From a virus, in IMG/VR virus record IMGVR_UViG_3300027733_000030, positions 96,001 to 160,000 of that record: a stretch of DNA of 64,000 nt; one strand, 5' to 3'. A model generated the notes under the pieces. It had not been told where the DNA came from, searched no databases, and was given only the letters and a program-made list of their open reading frames with translations. Below are positions 10,136-20,068 of the stretch, piece by piece. Each line of letters opens with the position of its first letter. Positions within the stretch are counted from its first letter, which is position 1. Both the position numbers and the translations under genes were made by a program.

Positions 10136-11068
10136 CTAGTAATTTGGGGTAGCGGATTGTTGCAAGTCAACTATATTTATGGTCACATCTTCATAATTTG
10201 GTGTAGCCAAAGATTCGACAATACCTTTCTCATATGCCATCCAAGTTCTGACATCCACAGCAACCTTCTGAATTCTATCATTCTTAATTGCAAAGGTTTT
10301 TTCAGTAGTCAACATATATGTAACGGTTCTTTTATGAAGGTCTTTACCATCCCTATTTATCTCAGAGTCAGATAACCTTCTAGAATAAATCAATTCTGAA
10401 ACACCAGCTGCTTTAAAGATTGGAGTGTACTCCAACATAAAGTCTTCAAATGCCTCTATGACCTGATCAGATAAGACTGATGCATCAAGATCATCTCTAG
10501 TTGTTGTAATGTTGTTATTCTGAAATGTCCCCACTTTTGTAAGAACTGAAAATGAAACTACATTTTGAAATTTTTGTCCATAAATAGTCACTGTATTAGC
10601 TAATACATTTTGTCTCATTCTAGGCTTAGGTTCTGTAGTATGAGTTTTTCTTAGTTCCAAAGAATATACTATGATTGCTGGAAATTCCTGTAATGCAGCT
10701 AGGCCAGAACTTGATGAAGCTGGGGCGGAAGATATCTCACTCACTTGACTACTGGCAGCCATAGTATCTGAATATGTAGTACTAGTTTCTCTATTGACGC
10801 CGCTTGGAAGTATCGGTATTGTTGGATAACTTTCTTCCCACACCTTTTTAACAAGACCTATAAATTCAAGATAACTTAAATTACCAGAGTATATTTCCTC
10901 TACGCCATTTTCATCTAATCTTCGATAACCTGGCGATTGCAATACCGTATCTTTTAATTGGCTAGCCCAAATTGGTTCAGTAAATCTGCTTTTTCTTCCG
11001 TGTGAAGGAAATCCTCTATTCATATATGTCATATTAAGCTCCTGGTCCTGTTGATAGGGCAAAGTCAA
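10136..11068 (-). CDS. Putative tail completion/terminator protein
   Basis: 310 aa between neck genes and sheath. FP(A)IIVY...FQNVVSF...FEDFM..YTP.F...GV.ELIY pattern plus synteny. Confidence 0.55.
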   Translation of the reverse strand: MTLPYQQDQELNMTYMNRGFPSHGRKSRFTEPIWASQLKDTVLQSPGYRRLDENGVEEIYSGNLSYLEFIGLVKKVWEESYPTIPILPSGVNRETSTTYSDTMAASSQVSEISSAPASSSSGLAALQEFPAIIVYSLELRKTHTTEPKPRMRQNVLANTVTIYGQKFQNVVSFSVLTKVGTFQNNNITTTRDDLDASVLSDQVIEAFEDFMLEYTPIFKAAGVSELIYSRRLSDSEINRDGKDLHKRTVTYMLTTEKTFAIKNDRIQKVAVDVRTWMAYEKGIVESLATPNYEDVTINIVDLQQSATPNY

Positions 11069-12653
11069 TCTTTTTGAGTCCTAGAGCGGAAAGGACTTCT
11101 ATATAGAATATTAAACTTCCAACAACAGAACTACTTACTTCTATATTAAAAGAATAATTAACTATAATTTTATCACTCTTTAAAGATTCCAATAAAGATC
11201 TTACATCGTCTACAACTTTATCATAACCCAGTTGACCTATAGCCTTATATGCGTACCCTCTGATTCTGCTAACCAATAAGGCTACAAGTCTCATTTGCGC
11301 TGCTTTATGCAGAGTAGATTCTGGATGAGAAAGAGTATATTCATTGGTTATATATACTTCAAAAGGAGTGGATCTTCTAGTTTTTTTACCCCTATAAATA
11401 CTGTTAACGCCTATATCGTCTAAACGTTGATATTCAGATTGAGATAAATCAGCTCCATATAAAGACATTGCACCTGGTATTCTAGTCCTAATTAGCCCCA
11501 TATTTAATGGTTTGGATGCTAGCATTCCTGCAACTGATGCAGCTATTGATGAGACATAAGATGTTTTAATTTGGTCATGTTGATATACGGCTTCGCCATA
11601 TACTGGAATAACAAATCTTCCATTATCTGAAGAAATTTGACCAGTCATATTTATTGTAGTTAATTTATCAGTTAAAATAGAATTAGATTCCAATAATTCA
11701 ATATCAGAAGATATAAGTCCGCCACTCCTTGATCCTATTACTCCAATTTGTACATAACCAGTAGTATTATGAAAATCTGCACAATAATTAGCTAATTGAC
11801 TTATAAAATCAACTCCACCTGTTTTAATGATAGATGTTTCCAGCGGAACGATAATATCAACAAAATCTAAGTCTTGAATTATAGAATATGTTTCTTCTAA
11901 TCTTTCATAATATTTCTCATAGAAAGTATACTGACTGGGTGTGGCAGAGTTTCTATCAAATAGAGTATTAGATATAACTCTATCTGAATATCTATCTACA
12001 TACTCAGACATGGGGGCTGTTGCGCAGATCATAATATCTCTAGCTCCAGCAGCGTATGCATCGAATACACCTCTTAGCAGGGGGCTAGAAAGGTCTGCTC
12101 CAAGAAGATCAATTGCACTTTGTATTGATCTAATGTTAATAGGATTATTAAATTCTATTCCATTTGCGTGACCAATTAATAAAATTGTACTTGTATTATT
12201 AGCATTTAGTTGCTGATAGTTTGCTTTATAATTAATAACGGTACTTTTATTAGGTGAAATAACTATCGGAGTTAAAGTGGAAGTTTCACCTTGGACTTGG
12301 AATTTTGCACTTATGCTTAAGTTCCCTGTAGAGTTAGTTGTTTGAGCTATAACAGAATAAATTCCCTCGTATAATTTATCTGGAATTTGATAATAAAAAG
12401 TAAATTCTTTAGAATTATTTTTCTCAATATATGTAGAGCCTGTCGGAACTTCTTCTTGAATTAAATAAGAATAAGGGCCATCAATTATCGGACCACTGCC
12501 GTATTCTCCTCTAATGACAGAAAAATATATATCTACGGGCGTTATATTCTCAGTTGGATCATATATATTTCCTTCTGAAATAAATATAAATTTGAATTGT
12601 ACCGACTGACCTCTGCTAACTATTAACATATTATTTCTCTCTAGTTGCGCCAA
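11034..12653 (-). CDS. Second tail sheath-like protein with an N-terminal extension
   Basis: 539 aa. C-terminus resembles a sheath domain (GVNSIY...AQMRLVALLVSRIR...IIVNYSFNI...LGLKKIDF); beta-rich N-terminal ~130 aa. Confidence 0.65.
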   Translation of the reverse strand: MAQLERNNMLIVSRGQSVQFKFIFISEGNIYDPTENITPVDIYFSVIRGEYGSGPIIDGPYSYLIQEEVPTGSTYIEKNNSKEFTFYYQIPDKLYEGIYSVIAQTTNSTGNLSISAKFQVQGETSTLTPIVISPNKSTVINYKANYQQLNANNTSTILLIGHANGIEFNNPINIRSIQSAIDLLGADLSSPLLRGVFDAYAAGARDIMICATAPMSEYVDRYSDRVISNTLFDRNSATPSQYTFYEKYYERLEETYSIIQDLDFVDIIVPLETSIIKTGGVDFISQLANYCADFHNTTGYVQIGVIGSRSGGLISSDIELLESNSILTDKLTTINMTGQISSDNGRFVIPVYGEAVYQHDQIKTSYVSSIAASVAGMLASKPLNMGLIRTRIPGAMSLYGADLSQSEYQRLDDIGVNSIYRGKKTRRSTPFEVYITNEYTLSHPESTLHKAAQMRLVALLVSRIRGYAYKAIGQLGYDKVVDDVRSLLESLKSDKIIVNYSFNIEVSSSVVGSLIFYIEVLSALGLKKIDFALSTGPGA

Positions 12654-13002
12654 CTATCCAATAATTAATTTTACCATGTCTGCCTCTTACTGCAGTTAGC
12701 GCATCAATCTTGAACATTGTATAGTTTCTTGTTGCTTTGGCGGAATAATTTTCATATATCCTATCACCCTCTTTGGGGTAAACAGTGTCTTCGAAGTAAT
12801 ATACTGCGTCATACCCAGTTAAAAGACCTTCGCTGTGCTCTTGTGTTGAGTTAAAATTAGTAGTACCTGATTGCCCAACTTGTCTAGTTGTGACTAATTC
12901 AAATTGGTTATAATGATTACCGTTTGGCAGAATTCTTTGAATATGGACATTATGTCCCCATTCCCTAAGAATCTTTTTAAATGTTTTTTTTACATCAATC
13001 AC
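12631..13002 (-). CDS. Putative head closure/neck protein
   Basis: 123 aa; ILREWGHNV...YYFE...PKEGDRI...RG..GKI.YW motif; position after the head-tail adaptor. Confidence 0.55.
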   Translation of the reverse strand: MIDVKKTFKKILREWGHNVHIQRILPNGNHYNQFELVTTRQVGQSGTTNFNSTQEHSEGLLTGYDAVYYFEDTVYPKEGDRIYENYSAKATRNYTMFKIDALTAVRGRHGKINYWIVGATREK

Positions 13003-13897
13003 GGCTTCTAAAACCTCTATTTGGCATTGGGTCTTGTTTAGCGGGGATAGTTCTTACTGCGCCATAAAGTTCTCTGTCTGTAAGATATGCAACTTTTCCG
13101 CCATCTACTTGTGGCATTTTACCACCAGAATAAACAGGACCAACAGTTGGAAGGCCTTTCATCTGGAATCCCATTGGACTAACTTTTGCAGATAGCATTT
13201 CTTTTCTAAGTGCTGTGGCAATTTGGCACCATGTAGTCGCATTATCTCTTGTTACTTTATTTCTTGGTATGGACTTGTTCGTCAGGTTAAAATCTCCAAG
13301 TCTTATGGATATTTCATCATCACCACCATAACCATATGTTCTACTTAACTCGCATGCGGTAGCAGCTTTGATATATTCGTATACAATAAATGCTAAATTA
13401 GTACCATCATCTGTGTCTATGAGACTATACAGACCTTTAACTTCATTTGAGAAATTGTGTGCGATTTCGCCTATTTCTAGCATTGTTGCGTCAGGAAAGT
13501 AAGAAAGTAATTGCTCAGGATCGATGTAAAGAGGTAATATATCTGGCGCAAAAGTGATCGTTTCATCATTTTTGAGAGTTATTGTTGGCTGATATTCTTC
13601 TACCGTAGAACTAACATACAATCTCTGTTCTACTACTACGGTATTAGAGTTTGCCAATAGTCCAGTGAATTTGACTGTATATGTATCAGCTATAGTTGGA
13701 GTATAATCAAAATAAAATATTGAACTAGATATTTGACTAGAAGTATCTGTAACAACAGTTATATTGGATGAATTCTTTATTATTACTTGTGGATTTGTTA
13801 CAGGAGATAATTCTATCTCATTTCCATTAGCGTCAATATCTTTAAATTTTACAGTTATTCTAACTGTATCGCTGACTACAACTCTATCTGTTGACAT
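12995..13897 (-). CDS. Putative head-tail adaptor with an N-terminal Ig-like domain
   Basis: 300 aa. Beta-rich N-half; helical C-half with an ISIRLGDF adaptor-like motif. Confidence 0.5.
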   Translation of the reverse strand: MSTDRVVVSDTVRITVKFKDIDANGNEIELSPVTNPQVIIKNSSNITVVTDTSSQISSSIFYFDYTPTIADTYTVKFTGLLANSNTVVVEQRLYVSSTVEEYQPTITLKNDETITFAPDILPLYIDPEQLLSYFPDATMLEIGEIAHNFSNEVKGLYSLIDTDDGTNLAFIVYEYIKAATACELSRTYGYGGDDEISIRLGDFNLTNKSIPRNKVTRDNATTWCQIATALRKEMLSAKVSPMGFQMKGLPTVGPVYSGGKMPQVDGGKVAYLTDRELYGAVRTIPAKQDPMPNRGFRSRD

Positions 13898-13912
13898 CTT
13901 TTACCTCTTAGT

Positions 13913-14365
13913 TTAAGCGTTAGACATAATAGTAACGTCGATTGTCCCTGCCGAGTTATCCTCTAGAATAATAGTTTCTGCGCTGGAAATGACATAGGCT
14001 TCATTCTTATTTATCGATATTGCTATATATCCAGAGCTATACGTATCTTCGCTATTTAAACTTGAAATGGCATACGCGTTTGCGTTTATTGTACTTATTT
14101 CTGAGGATCCGTAACCGTCAAACATTGCAAAAGTCATATAGGATGACGTCTCAGTGTTTTCTATTACTCCGCTTGGAGTAATAACGGAATGACTATCAAC
14201 AAAAACTAATGTGCTATTTACGGACGGTGGCGATATAACAATAACGCCTAATATGTTTAGGCCACCAAAATTAGTAGTTAATCCAAAAGACTGAGGAGAA
14301 ACTACATATACACCACTGTAATTGAAATGATCTTGATTATAGGTTATATCCCCATTGTAGAGCAT
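13913..14365 (-). CDS. Virion structural protein, hypothetical
   Basis: ORF with RBS inside the structural operon. Confidence 0.5.
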   Translation of the reverse strand: MLYNGDITYNQDHFNYSGVYVVSPQSFGLTTNFGGLNILGVIVISPPSVNSTLVFVDSHSVITPSGVIENTETSSYMTFAMFDGYGSSEISTINANAYAISSLNSEDTYSSGYIAISINKNEAYVISSAETIILEDNSAGTIDVTIMSNA

Positions 14366-14378
14366 CTAAATCCTTTTA

Positions 14379-16508
14379 TCAGAATGTTCCACAATCGAAT
14401 GTTATACCATCTATAGAGCCACCGGTAATCGAAACATTATTTGAGTTTTGAGTAGCAATTGTTCCCAAACCTAGAGTTGTTCTTGAGGCAGAAGCATCTA
14501 CATCGTCAACCAATGATCTACCAAATGAAGTAAATGTTGCTAAAGCTGCGGTACCAGACCCCGTAAAATATGGAAGCCTGTCTGCAGCAGAAGTCAAGCC
14601 TGCTATAGCGGCAAGTTCTGCGTCATAGGCTTGAACATCTGAGCCGATGGCTAGACCAAGGCTCGTGCGGGCGCCCGATGCACTAGTTGCTCCAGTTCCG
14701 CCATTAGCTAAGGCAATTGTGCTGCCATTCCAAGTGCCAGCTGTAATGGTTCCTACAGTAACTATGCTGTCATCGCCAGAATAGGTTCCACCAGCCACTG
14801 TAGCGAGTGTAGCGTTGTATGCCTGAACATCAGATCCAATTGCCAGGCCTAGATTAGTTCTGGCACCTGAAGCTGATGTTGCACCAGTGCCACCATTAGC
14901 CAAGGCAATAGCCGTACCATTCCAAACGCCAGTTGCAATTGTTCCAACTGAAGTAAGGCTTGAGGCAGTTACTCCTGAGCCAAGAGTAGAACCAGAAAGT
15001 ACAGAAGTCCCTGCAATCAACAATGACTTGCCAGTCAGAAGATTAAGATTTTCTGAAGACGTCCATGCGTCGGTTGCGTCAACCCAGTTAAAAGTCTTGT
15101 CTGTATCACCCTTAAGAGTGATGCCACCACCATCGGCACCTGCGTCTGTCGGGGAGGCGCTTGAGCCAAGTTCGATGTTCTTATCATCAACAGTTACAGT
15201 AGTTGAATTGATTGTAGTGGTTGTGCCGTTGACTGTTAGATCGCCGGAAAGGACAAGGGAGGTACCAGTGGCAGCTCCGATGTTTGGCGTTACAAGCGTT
15301 GGCGTGTTAGCAAAAACGAGTGCGCCAGAACCAGTTTCATCTGAAATCACTGAAATAAGTTCCGATGAAGAAGTAGCTGCAAAAGCTGAAAGCTTATTGG
15401 CAGTAAGAGCTACAGTACCAGTTCCATCCGGAAGGGTGATTGTGCGATCTGCGGTTGGATCACCAGCGGACAATGTCGTTTCAAACGCATCATCTGTAGT
15501 TCCTTCAAAGATTATTGTTCCAGCTGCATTGAGGTTAAGTCCATTAAACGATGGACTAGCAGAGGTTGCGACGCTCTGACCAATTGCAATTGTCGGAGTT
15601 CCACCTTCTGTTGCTGTATCATTTGAAAGTGTTACGCCAGTACCAGCAACAAGTGATGTTACATAGTTTCCTGAAGTATTAGTTCCAAGCGCAATTTCTA
15701 TAGTTGTCGAACTTGCTGCGGTTAAACGACCCTGGGCGTCAACCGTGAAAGTTCCGACCGATGAAGCACCGCCGTATGAGCCAGCTGTTACTGCAGTGTT
15801 GTCAAGGTTTAAGGTAAGCGTATCAGTTGCAGAGGCCACCGATGTTAGGCCTGTGCCACCAACTATAGTGAAGGTATCTCCACCCGAAATTGTTAAAGCT
15901 GCGCCACTGTCTGCCGCTGCTGTAAATGAAGTTGAAATAGAAGCTGTTCCAGCTGCTGTCAAGCGACCCTGAGCATCAACTGTAAAGGTTGGAATTGCGG
16001 TGCCTGAACCATACGAACCAGCTGATACTGCGGTATTGTCAAGATTAACCGTTATAGTATCTGTTGCGGTAGCTGCTGAACTAAGGCCAACTCCACCAGA
16101 AATCGTAAATGTATCGGAAGAAGCAATTGACACTGTGCCAGTATCGCCAGCAGCCGTAAATGAGCTCGATGCTGACGAAACAGCACCGTCTACATATGCT
16201 GTTGTTGCTACTGATGTTGAGTTGTTGCCAGCTGACTTTGTTGTTGCAGTTGCAGAAGCACCAAGGGCTAATGTTCCGGAAAATGTTTTATTTCCAGTAA
16301 TGGTTTGAGTTCCGGACAAGCCTACATAGGCGCCAGGGCCAGCAATAGCTTGAATTGTGGTTGCAGTTCCGCCTGCTCCACCTGATCCCTTACCGTAGTA
16401 AAGGACATCATCAGCTTCATTATATGCCAGCTCTGCGTTTTCAAGGCTTGAGGGTGCGCCAGCAGCGCCGCCAGATGCTCTTCTTTTGATTCTGATTGTA
16501 TTAGCCAT
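14379..16508 (-). CDS. Fibre-like virion protein with internal repeats
   Basis: Likely start ATG 16508 ([10 protein letters not shown]). Thr/Gly/Ala-rich, with duplicated blocks (NTAV.AGSYG..., [26 protein letters not shown] twice) and a C-terminal ITGGSIDG...DCGTF end typical of phage fibre proteins. Confidence 0.7.
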   Translation of the reverse strand: MANTIRIKRRASGGAAGAPSSLENAELAYNEADDVLYYGKGSGGAGGTATTIQAIAGPGAYVGLSGTQTITGNKTFSGTLALGASATATTKSAGNNSTSVATTAYVDGAVSSASSSFTAAGDTGTVSIASSDTFTISGGVGLSSAATATDTITVNLDNTAVSAGSYGSGTAIPTFTVDAQGRLTAAGTASISTSFTAAADSGAALTISGGDTFTIVGGTGLTSVASATDTLTLNLDNTAVTAGSYGGASSVGTFTVDAQGRLTAASSTTIEIALGTNTSGNYVTSLVAGTGVTLSNDTATEGGTPTIAIGQSVATSASPSFNGLNLNAAGTIIFEGTTDDAFETTLSAGDPTADRTITLPDGTGTVALTANKLSAFAATSSSELISVISDETGSGALVFANTPTLVTPNIGAATGTSLVLSGDLTVNGTTTTINSTTVTVDDKNIELGSSASPTDAGADGGGITLKGDTDKTFNWVDATDAWTSSENLNLLTGKSLLIAGTSVLSGSTLGSGVTASSLTSVGTIATGVWNGTAIALANGGTGATSASGARTNLGLAIGSDVQAYNATLATVAGGTYSGDDSIVTVGTITAGTWNGSTIALANGGTGATSASGARTSLGLAIGSDVQAYDAELAAIAGLTSAADRLPYFTGSGTAALATFTSFGRSLVDDVDASASRTTLGLGTIATQNSNNVSITGGSIDGITFDCGTF

Positions 16509-16510
16509 GA

Positions 16511-16849
16511 TTAGAAATTTCCTCCATCGGTAAGATTTTCTTCGGGGTGATTCACCCACACTGAACCATTGTAACGCAAAACGTTACCTGAGTTCACTGT
16601 GGTAATAGTAACGTCAGTCAATCCATTTAGAACTGATTGAGTAGTAATTGTATTTTCTGCAGATATTATTCTATCTTTAACTGTTAAATGACTGCCTGCT
16701 GGATTCAATCCTAAGACTGTTTGTATGGCTTCAATGGCGTCATTTGCATTAGCGTGCTGCTGATGGTGGGGTACTGTTACTGAACTAAGTGCATCAGACG
16801 ATGTAGGATTGATTAATACGTCCAATGCTGCGGGATACTGGGTGGTCAT
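16511..16849 (-). CDS. Virion structural protein (fibre or collar associated)
   Basis: 112 aa; YP..LD...NP...HHQQHAN.NDAIEA.Q..LG motif; ends DGGNF like its neighbour. Confidence 0.55.
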   Translation of the reverse strand: MTTQYPAALDVLINPTSSDALSSVTVPHHQQHANANDAIEAIQTVLGLNPAGSHLTVKDRIISAENTITTQSVLNGLTDVTITTVNSGNVLRYNGSVWVNHPEENLTDGGNF

Positions 16850-16858
16850 AAAAATCCT

Positions 16859-17269
16859 TTATAAGCTAAATATTTTATATTGTTCGTTACTCCAATTAAT
16901 TGTGATGGAGATAGGACTAGTACTAGCAGATACTGGAAGTCCAGTAGCTGTATCTATGTAGGCTAAAAGTCTTGATGTAGATCTAACTCCAGTATCTTTA
17001 TATAAAACTAGATAGGCAAAACCGCTAGTCCCGTAATCTTCTATTGTAATATTATCTGCGTCAAAGATACCAGAAGCTGTTGTTTTTCCGGTCAGTAAAC
17101 TAGTTGTCGCTACAACTGAAGCTTCACTAATGCTTGACAAAAACTCATGTGTACTTAAATTTACTGTATAAGTATTTTTAACTAAAGCAATTTTTATAGT
17201 ATTATCAGTTAAGTCAAATAAACCTTCCAATAAACCTTCTTTGGCCTTTGCATATAGTGCATTAGCCAT
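16859..17269 (-). CDS. Virion structural protein
   Basis: 136 aa, MANALYAKAKE...TIK.ALV; this pattern resembles minor structural proteins of actinophages. Confidence 0.55.
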   Translation of the reverse strand: MANALYAKAKEGLLEGLFDLTDNTIKIALVKNTYTVNLSTHEFLSSISEASVVATTSLLTGKTTASGIFDADNITIEDYGTSGFAYLVLYKDTGVRSTSRLLAYIDTATGLPVSASTSPISITINWSNEQYKIFSL

Positions 17270-18042
17270 CAGATGCCTACTTCTGAAGAAACGATAACTC
17301 TATATTTATATCCAGTCTCAAAATAAGTTTTACTATCCGTATAATAAGAGGGTGTCGCATCAGTTGATGGGAAGTCTATGTAAACATCTGGCTTCCATGA
17401 ATGCATCGAGACTCGTGCTGGAAGTGTTTCCCATCTTATTGGTGTTTTCTGTATTTTCTTACGCTGTGCTTTAAAATACTTACTAGTTAAGAAGTTTGAT
17501 GCTGGACGAGAGCTGAATGAAATAGTAGTTCTTCCATTGTTTTCATCATTTCCTATGTAGAAATCACCATTATTTGGACTAACAGATTCTATATAGAAAT
17601 TAGGATTTTTAGCTAAGATTTGATAGCCGGTTTCAATATCAGCTCTAATAGATTTATCCTCTACTAAAACCTCATTTAAAACAGTAGCTTTACTTTCTTG
17701 TAAAGTAGAAGGTGTTGCAGACTCTGTCTGACTCGTAAAACTGACTCTCTCTTCAGGAACAGTCATTCCTGAAGAATCTAATAAGCTTTGAACGCGGAGA
17801 ACATAGTTGGCATTGGGAGCTAAAATTACATCCCAGTATAAAGTTAAAGTTCTACTAATCTGATTGTAATCAGTAATAGTATTAATATCCCTAAATGGCG
17901 AACTTACCTGAACAGGTGTAGCTGCGTCAGTATAAACTAAAAAATTTGCATTAACTAAGGACGCTATTTTAATAGTCCTACCGAATTTAATGTTAACAGT
18001 ATTAACGCTTACTGTAGCGTTATCAATGAGATATAAGGCCAC
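17269..18042 (-). CDS. Ig-like virion structural protein
   Basis: 257 aa, beta-rich, directly after the major capsid gene. Confidence 0.5.
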   Translation of the reverse strand: MALYLIDNATVSVNTVNIKFGRTIKIASLVNANFLVYTDAATPVQVSSPFRDINTITDYNQISRTLTLYWDVILAPNANYVLRVQSLLDSSGMTVPEERVSFTSQTESATPSTLQESKATVLNEVLVEDKSIRADIETGYQILAKNPNFYIESVSPNNGDFYIGNDENNGRTTISFSSRPASNFLTSKYFKAQRKKIQKTPIRWETLPARVSMHSWKPDVYIDFPSTDATPSYYTDSKTYFETGYKYRVIVSSEVGI

Positions 18043-18091
18043 TCAACACACTCCAAATTTAAAACCTAATGTAATAGTAATAAATTAATTC

Positions 18092-18136
18092 AATAAAAAG
18101 CAGAGGGGGCAGTAGATTTCTCCACCGCCCCCAAGC
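18092..18136 (-). terminator. Intrinsic terminator after the major capsid gene
   Basis: GGGGGCGGT...ACTGCCCCC stem followed by CTGCTTTTTATT on the minus strand. Confidence 0.65.
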
Positions 18137-18176
18137 TTCAGGGTAATTTGTAACTATAACGACCCTAAGGTTTTTA

Positions 18177-19235
18177 TCAGGCTGTTTCGTTAGTAACCAT
18201 GACTTCGTAGTTACGGCTGAGTCTGACGTTCTTAGCAACAGTGATACCTTCACCGTCGCCCAGCATGATGATGTCATAACGCTCTTTCATCTTGAGCTGG
18301 CGAATATCGCGGCCCGGATCGTCGAACTGATCGGTGCTCATCTCGTCCTTGACGAGAATTGTTCCGACTTCATTGCGGTCGATGAGGAAGAGGTCTGACT
18401 TAGCTGCTGTTGCGCCACTCTTAGCTGTGAAGCTAACGAAAGGAGAAACAATAACGTTCAGTCCCATAGGAGCAGTCTGATTCAACGAACCCTCTGGAGA
18501 CTGAGGACGATAGCCCCAGCTTGTTCCAACGCCCGATGCTGAACCGCCGTGATGGAAGATGGCATCCTTGAGGAAGACCGACCACATGAGGGGGTGCAAG
18601 ATAAAGTCTGTTGGAATATGGTTTTCAGCCATGAGGACTGCAGCCATGTCAATGATGTCGTCCCACTTGACTGTCTTATTGGCAGAGCCATTAATGTCAA
18701 GACCGGTTGTGTCATCGTAGCCAGCGTCGTCGTTATCAAAAACGATTGTAGCTGCATCTTTGAATCGGCTCAGAGCAATTTGCTCCTTAAGGCGAGCCAT
18801 AGCACGGCCAGCTGCGCGAACATGCAGACCAACAATGTCCCAAAGTGAATCAGCGATTACTTCTTCCGTGAAAGAAAGCTTAACGCCCTTCTTCGAGACT
18901 TTGCCCTCTACCTGCTTTGCGAAAGCGAGTGCTTGTTCTGGATACTCTTGTCCTTCTGGGATCTCAGCAGCTTGAATAGCATTGACGGCCGGGAATTCCA
19001 ATGAACGTCCCTTGCCGAGACGAACAGTGGAAAGCAATGGAGTCACTAAAAGCTGTGGCTCTGCTGCTTCTCTGAGCGTACGTGAGAGAACTTTCGGGAA
19101 AAGTGCTGCTGCGTCTGACGATGCAAAAGCTTCCTTAATTGTTACTCTGTTGTCTGCGTCGATATACCCGTCCTCGGTCATTGCTGTCTCCCAAGCTGGG
19201 AGACCCGAGAGGAGCTCTTGGATTGTCTTAGTCAT
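18177..19235 (-). CDS. Major capsid protein (HK97 fold)
   Basis: 352 aa after protease and decoration genes. A..IPEGQEYPE, K.GVKLSFTEE.I.DS.WD, RAAGRAMAR.KE motifs; strongly biased codons. Confidence 0.9.
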   Translation of the reverse strand: MTKTIQELLSGLPAWETAMTEDGYIDADNRVTIKEAFASSDAAALFPKVLSRTLREAAEPQLLVTPLLSTVRLGKGRSLEFPAVNAIQAAEIPEGQEYPEQALAFAKQVEGKVSKKGVKLSFTEEVIADSLWDIVGLHVRAAGRAMARLKEQIALSRFKDAATIVFDNDDAGYDDTTGLDINGSANKTVKWDDIIDMAAVLMAENHIPTDFILHPLMWSVFLKDAIFHHGGSASGVGTSWGYRPQSPEGSLNQTAPMGLNVIVSPFVSFTAKSGATAAKSDLFLIDRNEVGTILVKDEMSTDQFDDPGRDIRQLKMKERYDIIMLGDGEGITVAKNVRLSRNYEVMVTNETA

Positions 19236-19273
19236 CTTAGGAATATTCCTCCTGTGTTATTGTTTCTTATTTA

Positions 19274-20050
19274 TTAGAGTGTCAGGTTGACGCGGAATGC
19301 ACCAATGACATTAGTTACATCTAGATTCGAACGAATACCGAGCTTACCATTATTAGGACCAGCCTTGGTAAGTTCATAAACGGTCTTCAACGCACCCGGA
19401 TCTGATGGAAGCTGCATGTAGCTGAGGAGGCCGTCATCAAAGTTTGTAGCAAACTTCTCGACTTCGACAACCTTACCTACTTGCAAGTAGCTGTATGCGG
19501 AGCTGCCACTGAAGAAATCGGTAGCTGCAGCCAATACTGGACGTCCCATTACATCGGAACGAACTACTGAACCAACTGTCACGTCATTGTTAATACCGCT
19601 GACCATTGGATACTCTACATAACCGTGTGTGATAAATCCAGCACCTTGCGAGGTACCCTTATCAAAAGGTCTGTAAAGATCATATTGTGCGCAGCCGATA
19701 GGAATCGAACGAGCAGGCACAGTAACTGTGTCAGTTGCTCCGGACGAGTAAGCGGGTGTTGCACCAGCTGTGGGGTCCCACGCTGTGTTGCTCATATTGT
19801 CGCCCCATGACTTGCTTGAGCTTGTACCGTTAGCGGGAACAACTCGGGCATCGCCATTTGAGTCGGCTACGACCGAAAGGATGGTTCCCTTCGGAATGAC
19901 AATTTCGAAGCGATTATCTTCTGTGTCATAATACCATGTGGGCAGACCGGGGTGTGGCAACAAGTATGCTGCGGGAGCTATGCCCTCAGAAACAACGAAG
20001 CGACCTGAACCGGTCTTACTATGTACTTTGCGAAACTTTGCTAAACTCAT
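19274..20050 (-). CDS. Capsid decoration/stabilising protein
   Basis: 258 aa between scaffold and major capsid genes; VIPKGTIL and IGCAQYD motifs; same codon bias as the capsid gene. Confidence 0.6.
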   Translation of the reverse strand: MSLAKFRKVHSKTGSGRFVVSEGIAPAAYLLPHPGLPTWYYDTEDNRFEIVIPKGTILSVVADSNGDARVVPANGTSSSKSWGDNMSNTAWDPTAGATPAYSSGATDTVTVPARSIPIGCAQYDLYRPFDKGTSQGAGFITHGYVEYPMVSGINNDVTVGSVVRSDVMGRPVLAAATDFFSGSSAYSYLQVGKVVEVEKFATNFDDGLLSYMQLPSDPGALKTVYELTKAGPNNGKLGIRSNLDVTNVIGAFRVNLTL

Positions 20051-20068
20051 TTTTTATCTCCTTAAATA

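Noticed and set aside
14887-16308. Long plus-strand ORFs antisense to the fibre gene, and similar shadow ORFs over capsid, sheath and 35895-38053
   Set aside because: They are mirror-frame artefacts of biased codon usage, lack RBSs and fully overlap well-supported minus-strand genes.
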